DNA of 64,000 nt from Sphaerodactylus townsendi. Its lineage: Eukaryota. Position numbers and translations under genes: made by a program. The stretch is taken from NCBI RefSeq assembly GCF_021028975.2, contig NC_059440.1:29016001-29080000 (forward strand). Direction: 5' to 3'. Numbering within the stretch: the stretch's first letter is position 1; every line of letters starts with the position of its first letter. Below the pieces are notes generated by a model, which did not search any database, had not been told where the DNA came from, and saw only the letters and a list, made by a program, of their open reading frames with translations. This document shows positions 25,201-38,589 of the stretch, piece after piece.

Positions 25201-28200
25201 GACTCCTTCTCCGCCTCCAGGGCCTCACACTGGCGCTGGAGGTCGCTGGTGGCCTTCAGCAGCTGCTCCTTCTCCTGCCCCCAGGCACTGCGCCTCTGCT
25301 GCAGGGCTTGCAGCTTCCTCTCCAGGACAACCTTCTCACTGGCATGGGGGGAAGGGAGGGGGAGAGATGTCCTGTAACCACATGTGGGAAAAAGTGGGGG
25401 CCAATTTCTGTGGCTTCCTTCTCTTGAGCATGTCTGTGGCACAGTGAAGAGGACCAGAAAAAGGAGCCAGCAGGACAGACAACGGCCGCCAACAGCTCAG
25501 GCCATTGTCTTCATCCGGTGCTGCCAGACAGAGCAAAGGAGGGAGCCAGAGGCCCCCTCCAAGAGGACAGCCATTTCATTCACCAGTCAAGCTGCACCCC
25601 TTGATTGCAAGCAGGCAAGGCTAGAGTCACGCAGGCAGGCAGGCAGCCTCCTCAGAGAGAGCGGGAAGGGGGGGGGTGTTCTCCCTGGGGACAGCACACC
25701 ATCCTTTGCCTCTGATTCCTCAAGCTCCCCCACCTGGCCAAAAGGTCCGCTGATGTCTGGGAGCGGCTGGCGTCTCGCAGGGCGCCCTCCTTGGCCCGTG
25801 CCAGGTCGTCTGCCTCGTCCCTCAGCTGCAGGACCCTCTGCTCAAGGACACGGTGCTCACGGTTGCCCTCAGCCAGCTGCTTCTTCAGGGAGGCCACCAG
25901 ATCCTGGCTGGCCTCGAACTTGCCACGGGCCTCCTGCCGGGGCGACAAGCAGCAAACTGCACATTGGTCTCCCTTGGTCGATGGAAGACTTTTGGCACCC
26001 AGATATGGCTACAGCCGAAGACTGAGTCTCACCGACCAGGTCACAAGTAAGGTCGTCTGCCCTCGTAAATATAAAAAAGGAGCTTCCAGCCCTCATGAAT
26101 AAAAACCTCTGCCTGGAATCACAAGACACGCCCACTGCAATTGCAGAAACCAAAGCAGGGGGACGGAACAGGACTGTGGGGGCAAAGGAAAGGGGCTTTC
26201 TGCATTGCAACACCCCCCCACCCCCCCGCCCGCCCGCCCGCCCGCCCGCCACACAATGATTAACTGAGAATCTGCATAGGGTGCCTTTCCAGTGCCTGGC
26301 TCAAGACTGCTCACAACACTGGGCTGGGCGGGGTTTTAATAGGCCTAAATTTTGATGCCATCCTGGTTTTTACTGATAGCTATATTTTATGAATTAGTGG
26401 AATTGTTTTAAAATGTTTGTTCGCAGCCATGAGCCAGACTTTGGTCCAGGGAGCAGGATGCAAATTTAATAAATTAATACATATATAAAAATCATATATG
26501 CATTTTACTGCTTTAACAATAAAATGCATGACATTGTTTAATTAACTATAAAATCATGCTGTTCACCATACTTATAAATTTTGAAAGATCGATGCCTTAA
26601 ATGGGTACAGTTAGTACCAGGAATAACCCCAGCCCCAATGAGAAGGAAGGGAACTGCCAACGATCCAGCCCTGGGCAGCTGCACTCGTGCACCTACCTTT
26701 GTTTCTGTAAAACAGCAGGTGGGGAAAAGAGATAGTGGAAAACAAAACAAAATCTGCACTTAAGAATAGAAACTGGGATCTTTTGGGTAGAAATAGCCTC
26801 ATACAATTCTAACAGGGTTAAGAGCGTATTTAGCTAACAAAGTGTATTTTTATCACACACAGTATATTGTGTGCAAACTTTCTTGCATTTCCAGCATATA
26901 ATGTAAAGTTTAAAATAAGTTGAATGCCTGCAGGACATACAGGACATCCGGTCATTCTCAAATGCTGCAGATTGCCTCACATTAAGAACTTCATAAACTA
27001 CATTCTGGGTGTCTAAACTCCTGCTCTGAAAAGCAATTCATTCATTCCAAAAGAGGAAATATGTCACAGGACCTTTTCCCTGGTGGGCTCCAGCATTTCC
27101 AAACACTGAAAAAGTCCCTGGGGGTGGTGGGGGAGGGAGAGAAACAGGGTGAAAAGTGTGTGTTTCCGCCCCACAATGTTTTTTCCCCATCGCTGTTTTG
27201 AATTAGACATTCATCCCGCAACCACAGACACACCAGAGGTCAGCCATTCTCCTCACCTGCAGCTGCAGCTGGCGCTTGTGAAAGGCAGACCGAACTGCCA
27301 CGAACGTGGAGTCCAAGAAGACTGGGGAGAGGCTACGGTGGCGGAATGATCGACGCTGTGGGGATGGTGTCCGTAGGCTGGTGGACAAGGTGGGCAAGCT
27401 GAAGCCAGAGGCATCGCTGCCTGAGACATCGGTCGTTCGGTCAGTGGATGGGAGGTGAACGGCACTGTCTGCATCAGAGAGCACAGCCTACAGGGGAAGG
27501 TGACAGGGCTTGTCTGCGCCCCAGTGCGCTGCCCACTCGCCCCCTTGGGCTTTCAAAAGAGCCAGCAGGTCCATTCCGCAAGGCCTGAGGATCATTACCT
27601 GTCTCTCCTGTTGCCCCATACCTGAGCCAGGTCTTGTAATGTCTGCTGCAGCATCTCTGATTCGCTTCGCAAGGCTTCCACCTCCCTGGCCTCCCCAGCC
27701 GCCTGCTCGTGGGCACGTACAGCAGCGTCCTGAGGTCAGACACATGGGATTAGCACATGGGGTGGGGGCTCTGTCCCCCCAGGACTTTTGCATGCCAGAG
27801 AGCCATTCCAAGACAGTCCGGTCTCTCGTCTACTGTGACCCACTGGCAGGCTGAAGCACAGGGTCGGCACTGGGAGAATGCTGCCTACCACTCCTAGCCC
27901 CCCCCCCGAAGAGGACAGTCCCCAGCTGAACCCTGTCTCTTGGGGGTCACACATAAGAACAAGCCAGCTGGATCAGACCAGAGTCCATCTAGTCCAGCTC
28001 TCTGCTACTCGCAATGGCCCACCAGGTGCCTTTGGGAGCTCACAGGCAGGATGTGAAAGCAATGGCCTTCTGCTGCTGCTGCTGCTGCTGCTCCCGAGCA
28101 CCTGGACTGTTAAGGCATTTGCAACCTTAGATCAAGGAGGATCAAGATTGGCAGCCATAGATCGATTTCTCCTCCATAAATCTGTCCAAGCCCCTTTTAA

Positions 28201-31200
28201 AGCTATCCAGGTGAGTGGCCATCACCCCCTCCTGTGGCAGCATATTCCAAACACCAATCACACGTTGCGTGAAGAAGTGTTTCCTTTTATTAGTCCTAAT
28301 TCTTCCCCCCAGCATTGTCAATGGATGCCCCCTGGTTCAACACAACACCCCCCCCCTTGCTCACCTGAGCCTGCAGTTTGTGGGTGAGCCTCTCGATGGT
28401 GCTGGCCTTCTCCGCATTCTGGGCTTTCAGGCGCTCCAAGGTGGAGACGACCTCATTGACTCTGCAGTGGGGATGCACAAGCAACACGCATGTGAGCTCC
28501 ACCCTGGACTGGGTCAGGCTGCACCGCTGCTCCTGCTGCCATGACCGATGGGGAATGAGTGGGTCAGGAGGGTGTTCTTTAGAAAGGGAAGGGGGTGGGG
28601 GCGGACCCTAACGCCAGTGAACTTTGTGGCCAGTTCTCATTGCATGGGTTAGTTGTTTCCCATAGCATCCACCTGCTTTTACTGCACTACTGTTGCATTC
28701 CCTGGCATTGCGTGCTTTCTTTTATAAACTGTGTCAATCTGCCTTGGGTCTCTGCAAAAAATATGGGCTATTAACAAAGTAAACGAAAAAGCTTAATGGA
28801 GATTTCACACTCACCTTGTGGACAAAGACAAACACTGAAATCTTTCCTGCCAGCCCAGCACCAGAAGCATCATTTGTTGAAACTGCTTGCGCTCCAGGGC
28901 AGATCCTTGGTGCCCAGAGCATGCCCCTTCCTAGGCCCCCAGTAGCCCACCCCACCAGGCTCTGGTCTGCTAGGAGGGCAAGTGGCTCTTCCAGAGGTCT
29001 TCCCAGGCCTGCAGCCAGAGACCCCTTTGAACTTGCCCCCAAAGGCTGACAGCTGAACCTTTGGCACGCAAAGCAGGTCAAGCAGAGCCCCGAGCGGCCT
29101 AGCCTGGTTCAGCCTGCTGGCACATCTTTACTCCAGCCGTACTGGGGGCTCTGGTGCCCCCTCAGTCCCCCACCCCCTCCAAGGACATACCTGCTGCTCA
29201 GCTCCGCCTTCTCTGCGTCACACCTGACTTGCAGCTGGATCATGTCACGGACTTTATCCTTCAGCTGCTCCTCCAGCTGGGCTGTGAGCAGAGTCTGTCT
29301 CTCCAGATCCGCACTCGCTCTGCTCTCCGACAGGAGGAGGTTGCTGCTCAGGTTCAGGCAGGCCGCGTGCACCGTGCGGCTGGACCGGGACAGCTCGCCA
29401 TTCAGCTCCAGGAGATCTCTGCAGGGCCGGAGGGAAGAGAATGAGGTCCCTGCAAGGGGTGGGCTGCACTCCCCCCTCCCAAAGCAAGGCGCCCACTAAT
29501 CTGACACCATCCAAAGTAGCACCCAGGAAGAGGCCAGGCATTCCGCAGGCAAAACAAGAGCCAGGAGGAGGACTGAATGGAGCATCCTGCGACAGCCATT
29601 TTTATAAAGGGAACCTCCACCCCATTTGATTGGAAAGGAGGGCTTGAAACTGCAGAGGCCCAATATCCACACAAACAAGGGGGGTGTCTCACATGATTCC
29701 CAGTGGTGGGGGGGGGCAGCTTTAGCACCAACTATGGCTTACTGGCCCCTTTTTCAGGCAGCGGAAGCAGAATTAATTAGTCTGGCAAATACATCCCACT
29801 TGGCTTCATGTGCATCGGCTGCAGAATGCCAGTGACTTGGATGGTGTCTCACAATCTCCTGCATGTAGATATGCCACTCCAAAGCAACCTTTTCAAGTCA
29901 TTTCAGAGCCCCCCCCCCCCCCCCCCCGCCACCACTTGTGGAGAAGGGCCCGGTTCAGTTCAGGTGTTTCAGTGCTGACCTCTCCATCATGGCCTTTGCT
30001 TCACTGAAGTGTCTCCGAAAACCCACCACCTGGCGCCAAAGGGTCAGCAGCCGGCTGTGCTCATTGCTGAAGTATGTGTGGAACGACTGGGGAGGAAGAC
30101 AGGGAGGACGTCAGACAGCACTCCGAGAGACAAAAGGCTCCCATCTGCCCCTGTCAGGAAACCCCAGCACGCCGCCCACCCCCACCCCCACCCCAAAGTT
30201 GGGCCCCAGCTGAGACAGTGGAAGGTACAGGAAAGAGTGGCTTCCACCCCCCACCCCCCACCGCCAAAGTCTGTGTCCAGCCTGGGAAGTGAAGCCCCTC
30301 GTTCCCCCACCACCACCAACCACACCTCCTCCTCTCGACGCCAGGCCCCCTCCTGCTGCTCCAGCTCCTCCCGGGCTTTCGACCAATCCGCTGTCAGTTT
30401 ACAGATGTCCTCACTCAGGGCCTGGTTGGCAGTGCTGGCATGCTCCAATTGTTCCCGCAACATGGCATTCACCTGGGCAAGGCTGGCACTCCTGGGCATC
30501 AGGATGCAATATCTGTTCAGCGTCTCATTGGCACCACTACATGCCAACATGCCAGAAGGGCAAAGAACCGCAGGCAGCAAAAGGGGAATCTCTCCTCCTC
30601 CCTCTCATCATCAAAACCACCATCCTGTGAGGAAGGCCGAGGCAGAGTGCCTGGCCCAGAGAGCTTCCATGGCAGAGCAAGGATTCGAACTTGGTGCCCC
30701 AGGTCCTAGGCAAACATTCTAGTTTCTACAGCACACGGCCTCTCCTTTTATTCAGCTGCCTCTTGAGGGGGTGGGATTTTAGGCCGCCGCCGCTGCTGCT
30801 GCTGCTGCGTGTTCCAGCACGTGGCCATTTGTGATCGGAAAAGTATCTTTCCAGCCACCACACAGAACACCCACCTCAGCAGCCACGTGACCACGGAGCT
30901 CAAATTCAGCTCCTCTGCCTGACTTCCCCAAATGCCACTTAGGTCAAGACATCCTCATTGAGACCAAATGTTGCCCCCACCCAGATTTGTCAAGATGCTG
31001 CCCCCCCCCACCCCGCCCCCCGGCCGGCCACCCGCTCCACACATCACAGACCTCTGCTGCTCCTCTTCCAAGCGCGTGAGAGCACTGTCTAGGTCGCCGC
31101 TGCTGTGGTCCCCCTCATGATGCGGGCAGGACTCCGTGACATCCTGGCAGCCTCCCTGGGGGGGGGGGAGCCAGAGGGGCTTAAAGGAGGAGCCCAGGCC

Positions 31201-34200
31201 CTGTTCCCAGCAACCCCCCACATGCCCATCACGGCACGCACGGCTTCATCCCCCCTCCCCCCCAGGCCCTGGAACCTGTGAAGTGATTCTGACCATAAGC
31301 AGAGTGCCTTCCGTCCACATACCCAGTCTCCCTTCCGCTTCCACAGACTCAGCCCTCAGAAATGCTCTCTCACACCAGCCCCAAATCGTTGGTCCAGTGC
31401 TGCTGAGGGGACCGATTAGAAGTGGCTTAATAGTCACAGCCAAGGACCCCTGGGAAGTGGAATGCTTTGAAGGGTGTGCGTGGGGGGGGGTTGGGGGGGT
31501 TAAGGGTTGCTGGCTGCCCTCGGACTACAGTGGCCAGCCATCAGGATTAGAGCCCAGCGGAAAGGGGCCAAAGGGAAAGCAGAGAGTCGGCCCCACCCAC
31601 CACTGCCGCCACGCTGCTCCGCTGCTCCAGCTCGGCTGGTTTCTCCCCCAACTGCTGCTCCAACTCGGCACATTTCTTCTTATATTGCAGGACCTACGGA
31701 GGACAGGAAATGTCTGCCAGCTGGCGAGCAAGGCTCAAGCACCAAACATTTCCCAGCTTCCTCACCCCAGGAGGCTTCCCGGGGCCGCCTCACCCATCAC
31801 ACCACGCCCTGCTCCTGCCTTCCCAAAACCTCAGTGCATTCACCCGACGCAGCACCCTGAGCTTCTCGGGATGCTGGAAACACTCATGCTGGAAACTCTG
31901 CTCAGAATTTGCCCTTTGGACCTGAGCCTCAATCCTCTACCTGCAACTGTTGCTTCGCAGGGTGGTTGTGAGGACACGAGAAGGATAGCAGGTATAACAG
32001 GAGCAGCTGCGGGACCAGCGCCCCCCTCCCCCCCCATGCCAAGGGCTCACCTTGCCTTGCAGCTTCTGCACCAGCTGTGCCTGCCGCTGCTGCCCCTCCT
32101 GGTACGCCTGCAGCTTGCGCTTGTAGGCCGCCTGCTCGTCCTCCAGTCGCCGGCGCAGCTCAATGTTGTGTTGGGCCAACTCCCGGCTCTCCAGTACTTC
32201 GGGCTCCCCCGCCTCCAAGCGCAGCGCCTGCTCCAGCTGCTCAGGAGGAAAGGTGGATCAACCCCCTGGGAGCGGGAGTGGGGGGAGGAAGGGATGGAAG
32301 GGTCTCTGCCCCAAAGGCACTGCACATCCATCCAGACATTCCTATCACTTCAGGAAAATGAAAAACTACTCCCCGTCTGCACCCCTCGTTATGAACAAAC
32401 TATCTCTTTCATGCTCACATGCTGCAAAAAAAACCAAAAAGGCAGGAATAGCCCTCCCTGGCCCCATGGGTTGTGGAAAGTATTTCCAGGGACCTGAAAG
32501 GGAAAGGGCGGGGAGACCCCCATCCACCGCTCAGAGGCCGCATCCCTATGATCACTGGCTTGACTGACGGCCTGCTTTCCTCACTGAGACACCAAAATAT
32601 GCAGCCAGACAGCAGGGGCCTCCAGTGAACACTGCAGCCAGCCTGGAGGGACCAAAAGGAAAGAGCCGTCAGGCTGCACAGACTGCCCACGAAGTGGCCC
32701 CCCCTGCAGAAGAGACAGGACTATGAAGGGAGAGGATGTTGCAGTAAAGAAAGGAAGGCGGGGGGGGGGGGAGCACCAGGAGGATAAGCACGGTCTTCAT
32801 AGAAGCGACCCCCCATCCCATCCCCCCAACCGCAGAGGTTTTCTGTTCAGCTACCATCCCGATCTCTTCGTAAAAATGCCCTCCTGAACATTTCTGTTCT
32901 GCACATTCAGCAAAATGCCAGTGGGGAGGGGGTCTCTTCCCGACCACCTCAGGGGAGCCATTCCACAGGAGGACGTCTGCGTGAAGAGGCAGTTCCAGGT
33001 GGCTTTTCTGAGCCCCACCGCAAACGGCCTCCACTTCACATTCCTGGGAAGTGGGCCGTTGCCTCAGAAATGGGGGAAATGTCACCATTACTATGGTTTC
33101 AAGGTAAACTGATTTTATTTTATTTCAAAACACAAGTTATCCTTTGGACACAGTGGAGTGTCCACCTGCTATACAGAAGGTCCCAGGTCTGCCATCTGCC
33201 ACTGAACACATCAGGTGAGGGGAAAGACTGTGCCACAGAGAGAAACATGAAGATGCCAGACACAGATGAGGGCAAAATGTCCACAACCACGCAGCCCAGA
33301 GAACCCACAACAGACAGTTGATTTCTGCCGTGAAAGCCTTCGACAGGACGTTGAGGGGAAAGGCTTCTATCTAAAACCCTGGAAAGCTGGCAGCCCCACT
33401 GGAAGGGGGCAAAGACCCACAGACTGCTCAGGGGCAGACAGGACACTGACATTACAGGGACATTTCCTGCTGGAGTGCTGGTGGCCAAGAGAACGAAGAG
33501 CCAAGTCCTAGCAACTCTCCTCGAACCTCAGGGGCCGCTTGGCCCAGACTCCTCAACCACCCTGGCACCTTCTGCCAACTCACTAACAATCCTGCCCTGC
33601 GCTGCTTCCAGCCAGGGCAGGGGGCGATGCAGGGGGGAGCAAATGCCCACTGTTGGCCCCACAGAGTTTAGCAGCCCTGCAGTGCTGGCTCGTGGCACAG
33701 TGGGACCACTCCAGGGCCAACTTCACTTCCCGGTCTCCCTCTGCTGCCGCCTGACCCAGCAGAGATGACCGGGGGCACTGCTCCTTCATATGCCTCTCCT
33801 TCACCACCACAAGTTACTCACAGGTTCCACCTTGCAGTGAAATATTATATCTTGTGTGCTTGGGGTTGTACGCAAGGCACAGTGTAGCCATGTGACTCTT
33901 TGGGGTGAGTAAACTACAAATGTGGCTCTTCGCAATCCCCAGTATGGCTTCCGGCCAGGCAGCAGGGAGGATATTCAAGTCTCCAAGCACCTGACCGGGG
34001 AGCTGTGGGAAAGGGCCCTGGCTCAGGGGAAGAGCCCCTGCTGGACAGTCAGGAGGTCCAACTTTCAGCCCCCAACATCTCCAGTTAAAGGAACAAGGTG
34101 ATGCAGCCGTCACAGGATCAGATTCTACCCTCTGACCATCCCACTCTCCCACGGGGGCTTGCTGGGTGACCCTGGGTCAGCCTAACCCTAGCCCCCACCG

Positions 34201-37200
34201 AATTGCTGCAAGGATAAAATGCAGGGGGGGGGGGACAGCAGTGGAAACCGCTTTGGTAGCCGACTGACTAAGGCAGGAGGTCATGAGGAAGACCGCCTTC
34301 ATGTATAGCCAGGCTTTCTCCCTGAGATGCCCGGCAGAAGCAACGCCCCGCCTTTGTCCAGCTGCAGCAGCCAGTGGACTCCTGGCTCCAGAGGAAGCAT
34401 CTGGACCACCAGACCCATGCGGCCCATCTTCTCTGCTGGCCCACTCCGCCTCCAACGCTGCTCCGTCCTCTGGTGGCCACTCAGCCCCTCCGCACTCCAG
34501 CAGATGGACTGTTCCAGCTTCCACACCAAAAGGCAGGGTGAGGCCGGTGAGAGAGAAACGAAAGCCGCTCGCCCGGATGCATGCAAGGACTTGTGTTTGC
34601 TAGCCACACTCAGGGCAGGATGAACAGACAGACACAGGAATCCACCCCCCGCCCACACGGCCTCCTGGCTAGCAGAAAACCAGTCCCAAATGCACAGGTG
34701 TGACTGGCTACAAACTACAGACTTACTGCCTCTCTCTGGCCCTGTTACGGGGAACATGCCAAAGGGTTTCAAATGCTCAGAGGGAGGAGAGAGGCACGCA
34801 GTGAGGCCCTAGGATCCAGCGGCTGGCACCTACAGGCACAGAGGCAGGAGAATCAAGTGTGGAATGTGGAGAGCCCACGCCACAGAAAAGAGTGGGACGT
34901 GGGCTGAAAGCAGGTGCCCACGGAAAAGGTCTGTGGAGAGCGCAGCCTGAAGGAACACGGAACTCAGGGAAAGCCAAGCAGAGGCGGCCTGTGTGCATTT
35001 TCAACCTTGCTGTCAGGAAGGCAGCAGGGCCCCACGCTCTGCATTTCCAGGGTGGCTGGGGACACCTGTTTGCCAGGCCTTTGGTCCAGATCTTACCAAG
35101 GCTGAAGAAGGCCCTTGGCGCTGGCCTCACGCTCCTTTGACAAAGGGGCTGGGTCTCATGCCTGCCTGAAGTAACTCACTGGGGCCCACATGTGGAGGAA
35201 GAGACAGGAGTTACACAGAGGGAAAGGTGGGGGGCATTGCCTTCATTCCACTGGGCAGGAGAATGTGGGACTTGTCAGAGCTCAAAACTGCAGCACGGTC
35301 CCAGATGTTGAGAACCCCCCCGCCCCCCGCTGGAGCCAGGCCCTCTCCTCCATGAAGGGAAGCAACTACTCCAGAGCAGGGATGGAGGAAAGAACACCCA
35401 CATCTGTTTGGGTGATGGGCCCCTCCAGCGGCACCATCAGCCGTGTTACAGAATCACTGCCGGCCAAGACCGAGGACACCAGAGGGAAAGGAGGGGGAGA
35501 ATCCATTCAGCCAGAACCCAAAGGCTGTGCCCCACTGAGATCCTGCCTCGGCATCATTCCTGCCAGCCGCTGCCTAGACAAAGAAGTATTCTTCCACCTC
35601 TAACAGGCAGCCCCCAATCTGAAGCCACCGTCTGCCCCACCGCCAGGAAGGCAGCAGCCCTGTCGATCAGCTTGGGCTCAGGGCGACCTCCTGACCCGCC
35701 TGTCACTGGCCTGTTCCACTCTCTTCTTCATGTGCAGCCTCCCCAGTTGTTGGCAGGGCTCAGAGGGGGGTGGCCCCTCCTCATACGTTGCTTTGCCAAA
35801 CATCTGCTGTCCTTCAGCCGATACAGCAGCCTTGCTCAGGCAGAGGAGTCAAAACACGCCAAGGCTCTGCCTCAGCAGAAGACAGGGACTGTGAGCTGTT
35901 TCACACAAAGCAAGCAGAGAGGAACCGGCCAACTGCCTGGGGTGGCAAGCCACTCGCCCCACAACTGCACCCCCATCATGCTCTCCTCTGTGGAGCATCT
36001 GGAGGGCTGCAGCCACACTGAAGGCTGCGCATTTGCTGCACCAAAACCACATCAAGACTGTGACCAGCACATCTGAGGAGCTCTTTGGACAGTCAATTCC
36101 GCCACTCTGCTTCCTGGCAGATGCTTCTCCAGGCTCACGAGGAGAGGCCAGGGACTTCCAGGGGCAAGGCCCTAAACCACTGGGAAAACATAGCCAGCCT
36201 TTCCCCTGGTTTTCTTCATGTCTCTGGGGAAAAGGGACCTACAGAGGAGGGGTTTTGTTAAATGGAAGCCGAGTCGCTCAGGCTCCTGTGCCCACCAATA
36301 CATGTGAGCTTTTCTGGGTCTGAAAGCACCTGGCCCCCTCCCACCACGCCTTCCACTTTTTATTCAAGTTTCCACAGCTGAAGCCTTGCTAACTTCGGAG
36401 GCCATTTGAAAGGACAGAGGTTACCCCCCCCACCCCCACCGCAAAAGAACTCTGGCAGAACTAGTCTAAAAAGAGAGAACCCAGCGGACTCAACACGCAA
36501 TGTCTGCTGCTGCCCCTTTTCACATTGTTAAAGAATCTGCCACCTTGGGCTGGAGGGGTGATCTGGCACGGGCAGAGGAGCGTCTAAGCGAAGTTTACTA
36601 TAATCTTGGCAACTGTTGCCATAGAAACTTGCAGCCCTTTTTCATCTCCCTGTTGATGGTTGTCATGATCACTGGAGCATGTGAGCATGCCCCCCCCCCC
36701 CCGGTCTTGAAAGAAGATTTCCCCAGCTCCAATACTTTGGCCAGCTCCAGTCAGTCCCATTGGCCAAAGGACTTCTTATCCTCCTGACAGGCTGCCTCCC
36801 CCACCACCGGCAAAGGCCAACGGCAGAGGAGTGCCACAGGGCAAAGCAACCCCACTCCCCAAAACACCCTCTCCTGGCCTTTCTGTCCCCGATGCCCATG
36901 GATGCTTAGCACAGGTGCTCTGAGGGACGCTCTCAGATCCTTCTCAGAGGAGACTTTCCACAGAAGATCCTGTTCTCCACTGGCAGACTGAAATCGCGAG
37001 CGCATGCTTTTTTTCACGGGGGCGGGGGCGGGGGAGATGGAAATGCACCACTATAATAATGGCCGGGCGCAACCAAGGAGGAAACAGAAGGGCTGTCTCC
37101 CAGAATCAAGGCCCTTTAGCCCTGCCCCCTATTTCCAGGGCACACAGCCAGGCACAAAAGCCGGGTGCCCCCAGTAACCGAAAGCCTCTAATCGTAGATG

Positions 37201-38553
37201 ATCCATTTAAACACCTGGACTGTTGATGGACCTCAGGTCTCATTTTAAAGCAATCCCAGCTGGCGGCCACTGCTCCACCCCTCAGGCAGTGGGGCTTTGC
37301 ATTCTTTCCTGGGAGAACAGGGGGCGCAGGCACACTTCAGCCAGCCAGCCCTGCCTCTCAAGAGGAGGGCTGAGGGCCCAAAAGTGGTGGCATACTGGAA
37401 GGATGCTGAACAGAATGTGTGATGAAGCGGTGGCAGGTACAAGCACACGACACACACACACAGGAGGAGAGGGAGGAAAGTGTGCCCCCCCACACACACA
37501 CCAACAGCGAACAAATGCGTTCTGCCAAGTAGGTCCCTTTCTTTGGGCACAGCAGTGAGGATTCAACTTCTTCCAGCAGAGTGGACGGAAAAGGCTATAG
37601 CACAATGGGGAGGCGAGCCGAGGAAGCCCGGAAACCATCTCCTGACTTCTGCTCCCAACCCAGAAAAGGAAGAGGCGGATCCAAAGTTCCCAGGGTAGGG
37701 TGAGAGAAGAAGTTGACTGTGGTTAGTGCAGCAGGTGGGGGCTTTACCGTGACCCCCTGTAGTGACCCCCTGCAAGTCGGCCAGAAGCAACAGCTTGGGG
37801 GAACAGGCGCCGAGAAGCAGAACTTTCTCTCTCATGGCTTCCTCTTCCCCTCCAGGTTCATTCACTGGGCATGCCAAGGCGACAGCAGAGAATGTGGTTT
37901 TTGATGGGGGGGAGCACAAGCAAAACACAGACCCATGTGCAACCTCCCCCCTCCCCTTTCCCCAAACACCCTCCCCTCCCCTTTCTCCCTCCTGGCATCA
38001 TCTGGGCAGCAACCACTTCACTGTTCTTCCTGGACAGCCCCCGGCTCATGCAACTATTGCCAAAAGAGACAGCCCTGACTCCAGGGAAGGAGGTGGACAA
38101 GATCCGCAGAGGAGCACCCACTCTCACCCTTTCGCTGATGGCGTTGTACTTGATAGCTAACTCATCCCGCTCTGCACGGCTCTGTGCCAGTAAGTCCTCC
38201 ACCCGGGACAGCTCCTGCTGCAAGATGCGGTTCTCCTCGTGCGGGGAAAGCAAGGCAGACATCTTGGCAGGGAAGGCTGCAGGGAGGGAAAGAGGGCAAC
38301 ACAGAGCTCGAGGGCAGCCGTGCACTTCGCCCCCCAGCAGGCATTTCAGCCACGTGGACCAGGACGTGCTAGGAAGCCCAGGCCCACAAGTCTAATGCAC
38401 CTGGACACAGTCATGAAACAGGAGAGAATAATTCACCATCATTTTTTGAAAAACATGGATCTTTCCCCCCCACCTCCAAAATTCCAAGAAAGTTCAGTGA
38501 AGCCAGAATTAGGAGCACACCCACTCACCCCCCCCCCCGAGTCACTTATTATT

Positions 38554-38589
<36 letters not shown>

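Noticed and set aside
31601-31693. Suspected frameshift in CROCC exon 5
   Set aside because: Recounting the G run gives an open 93-nt exon (VLQYKKKCAELEQQLGEKPAELEQRSSVAAV)
31136-32497. 453-aa plus-strand ORF, and similar long ORFs at 20388-21407, 22388-23197 and 9772-10530
   Set aside because: Antisense shadows of CROCC coiled-coil exons (CAG/GAG-rich sequence gives stop-free CTG/CTC frames) plus GC-rich intron; no recognisable protein
33100-36100. Additional coding exons or a nested gene in CROCC intron 3
   Set aside because: Short ORFs with no recognisable homology and no consistent splice-phase chain
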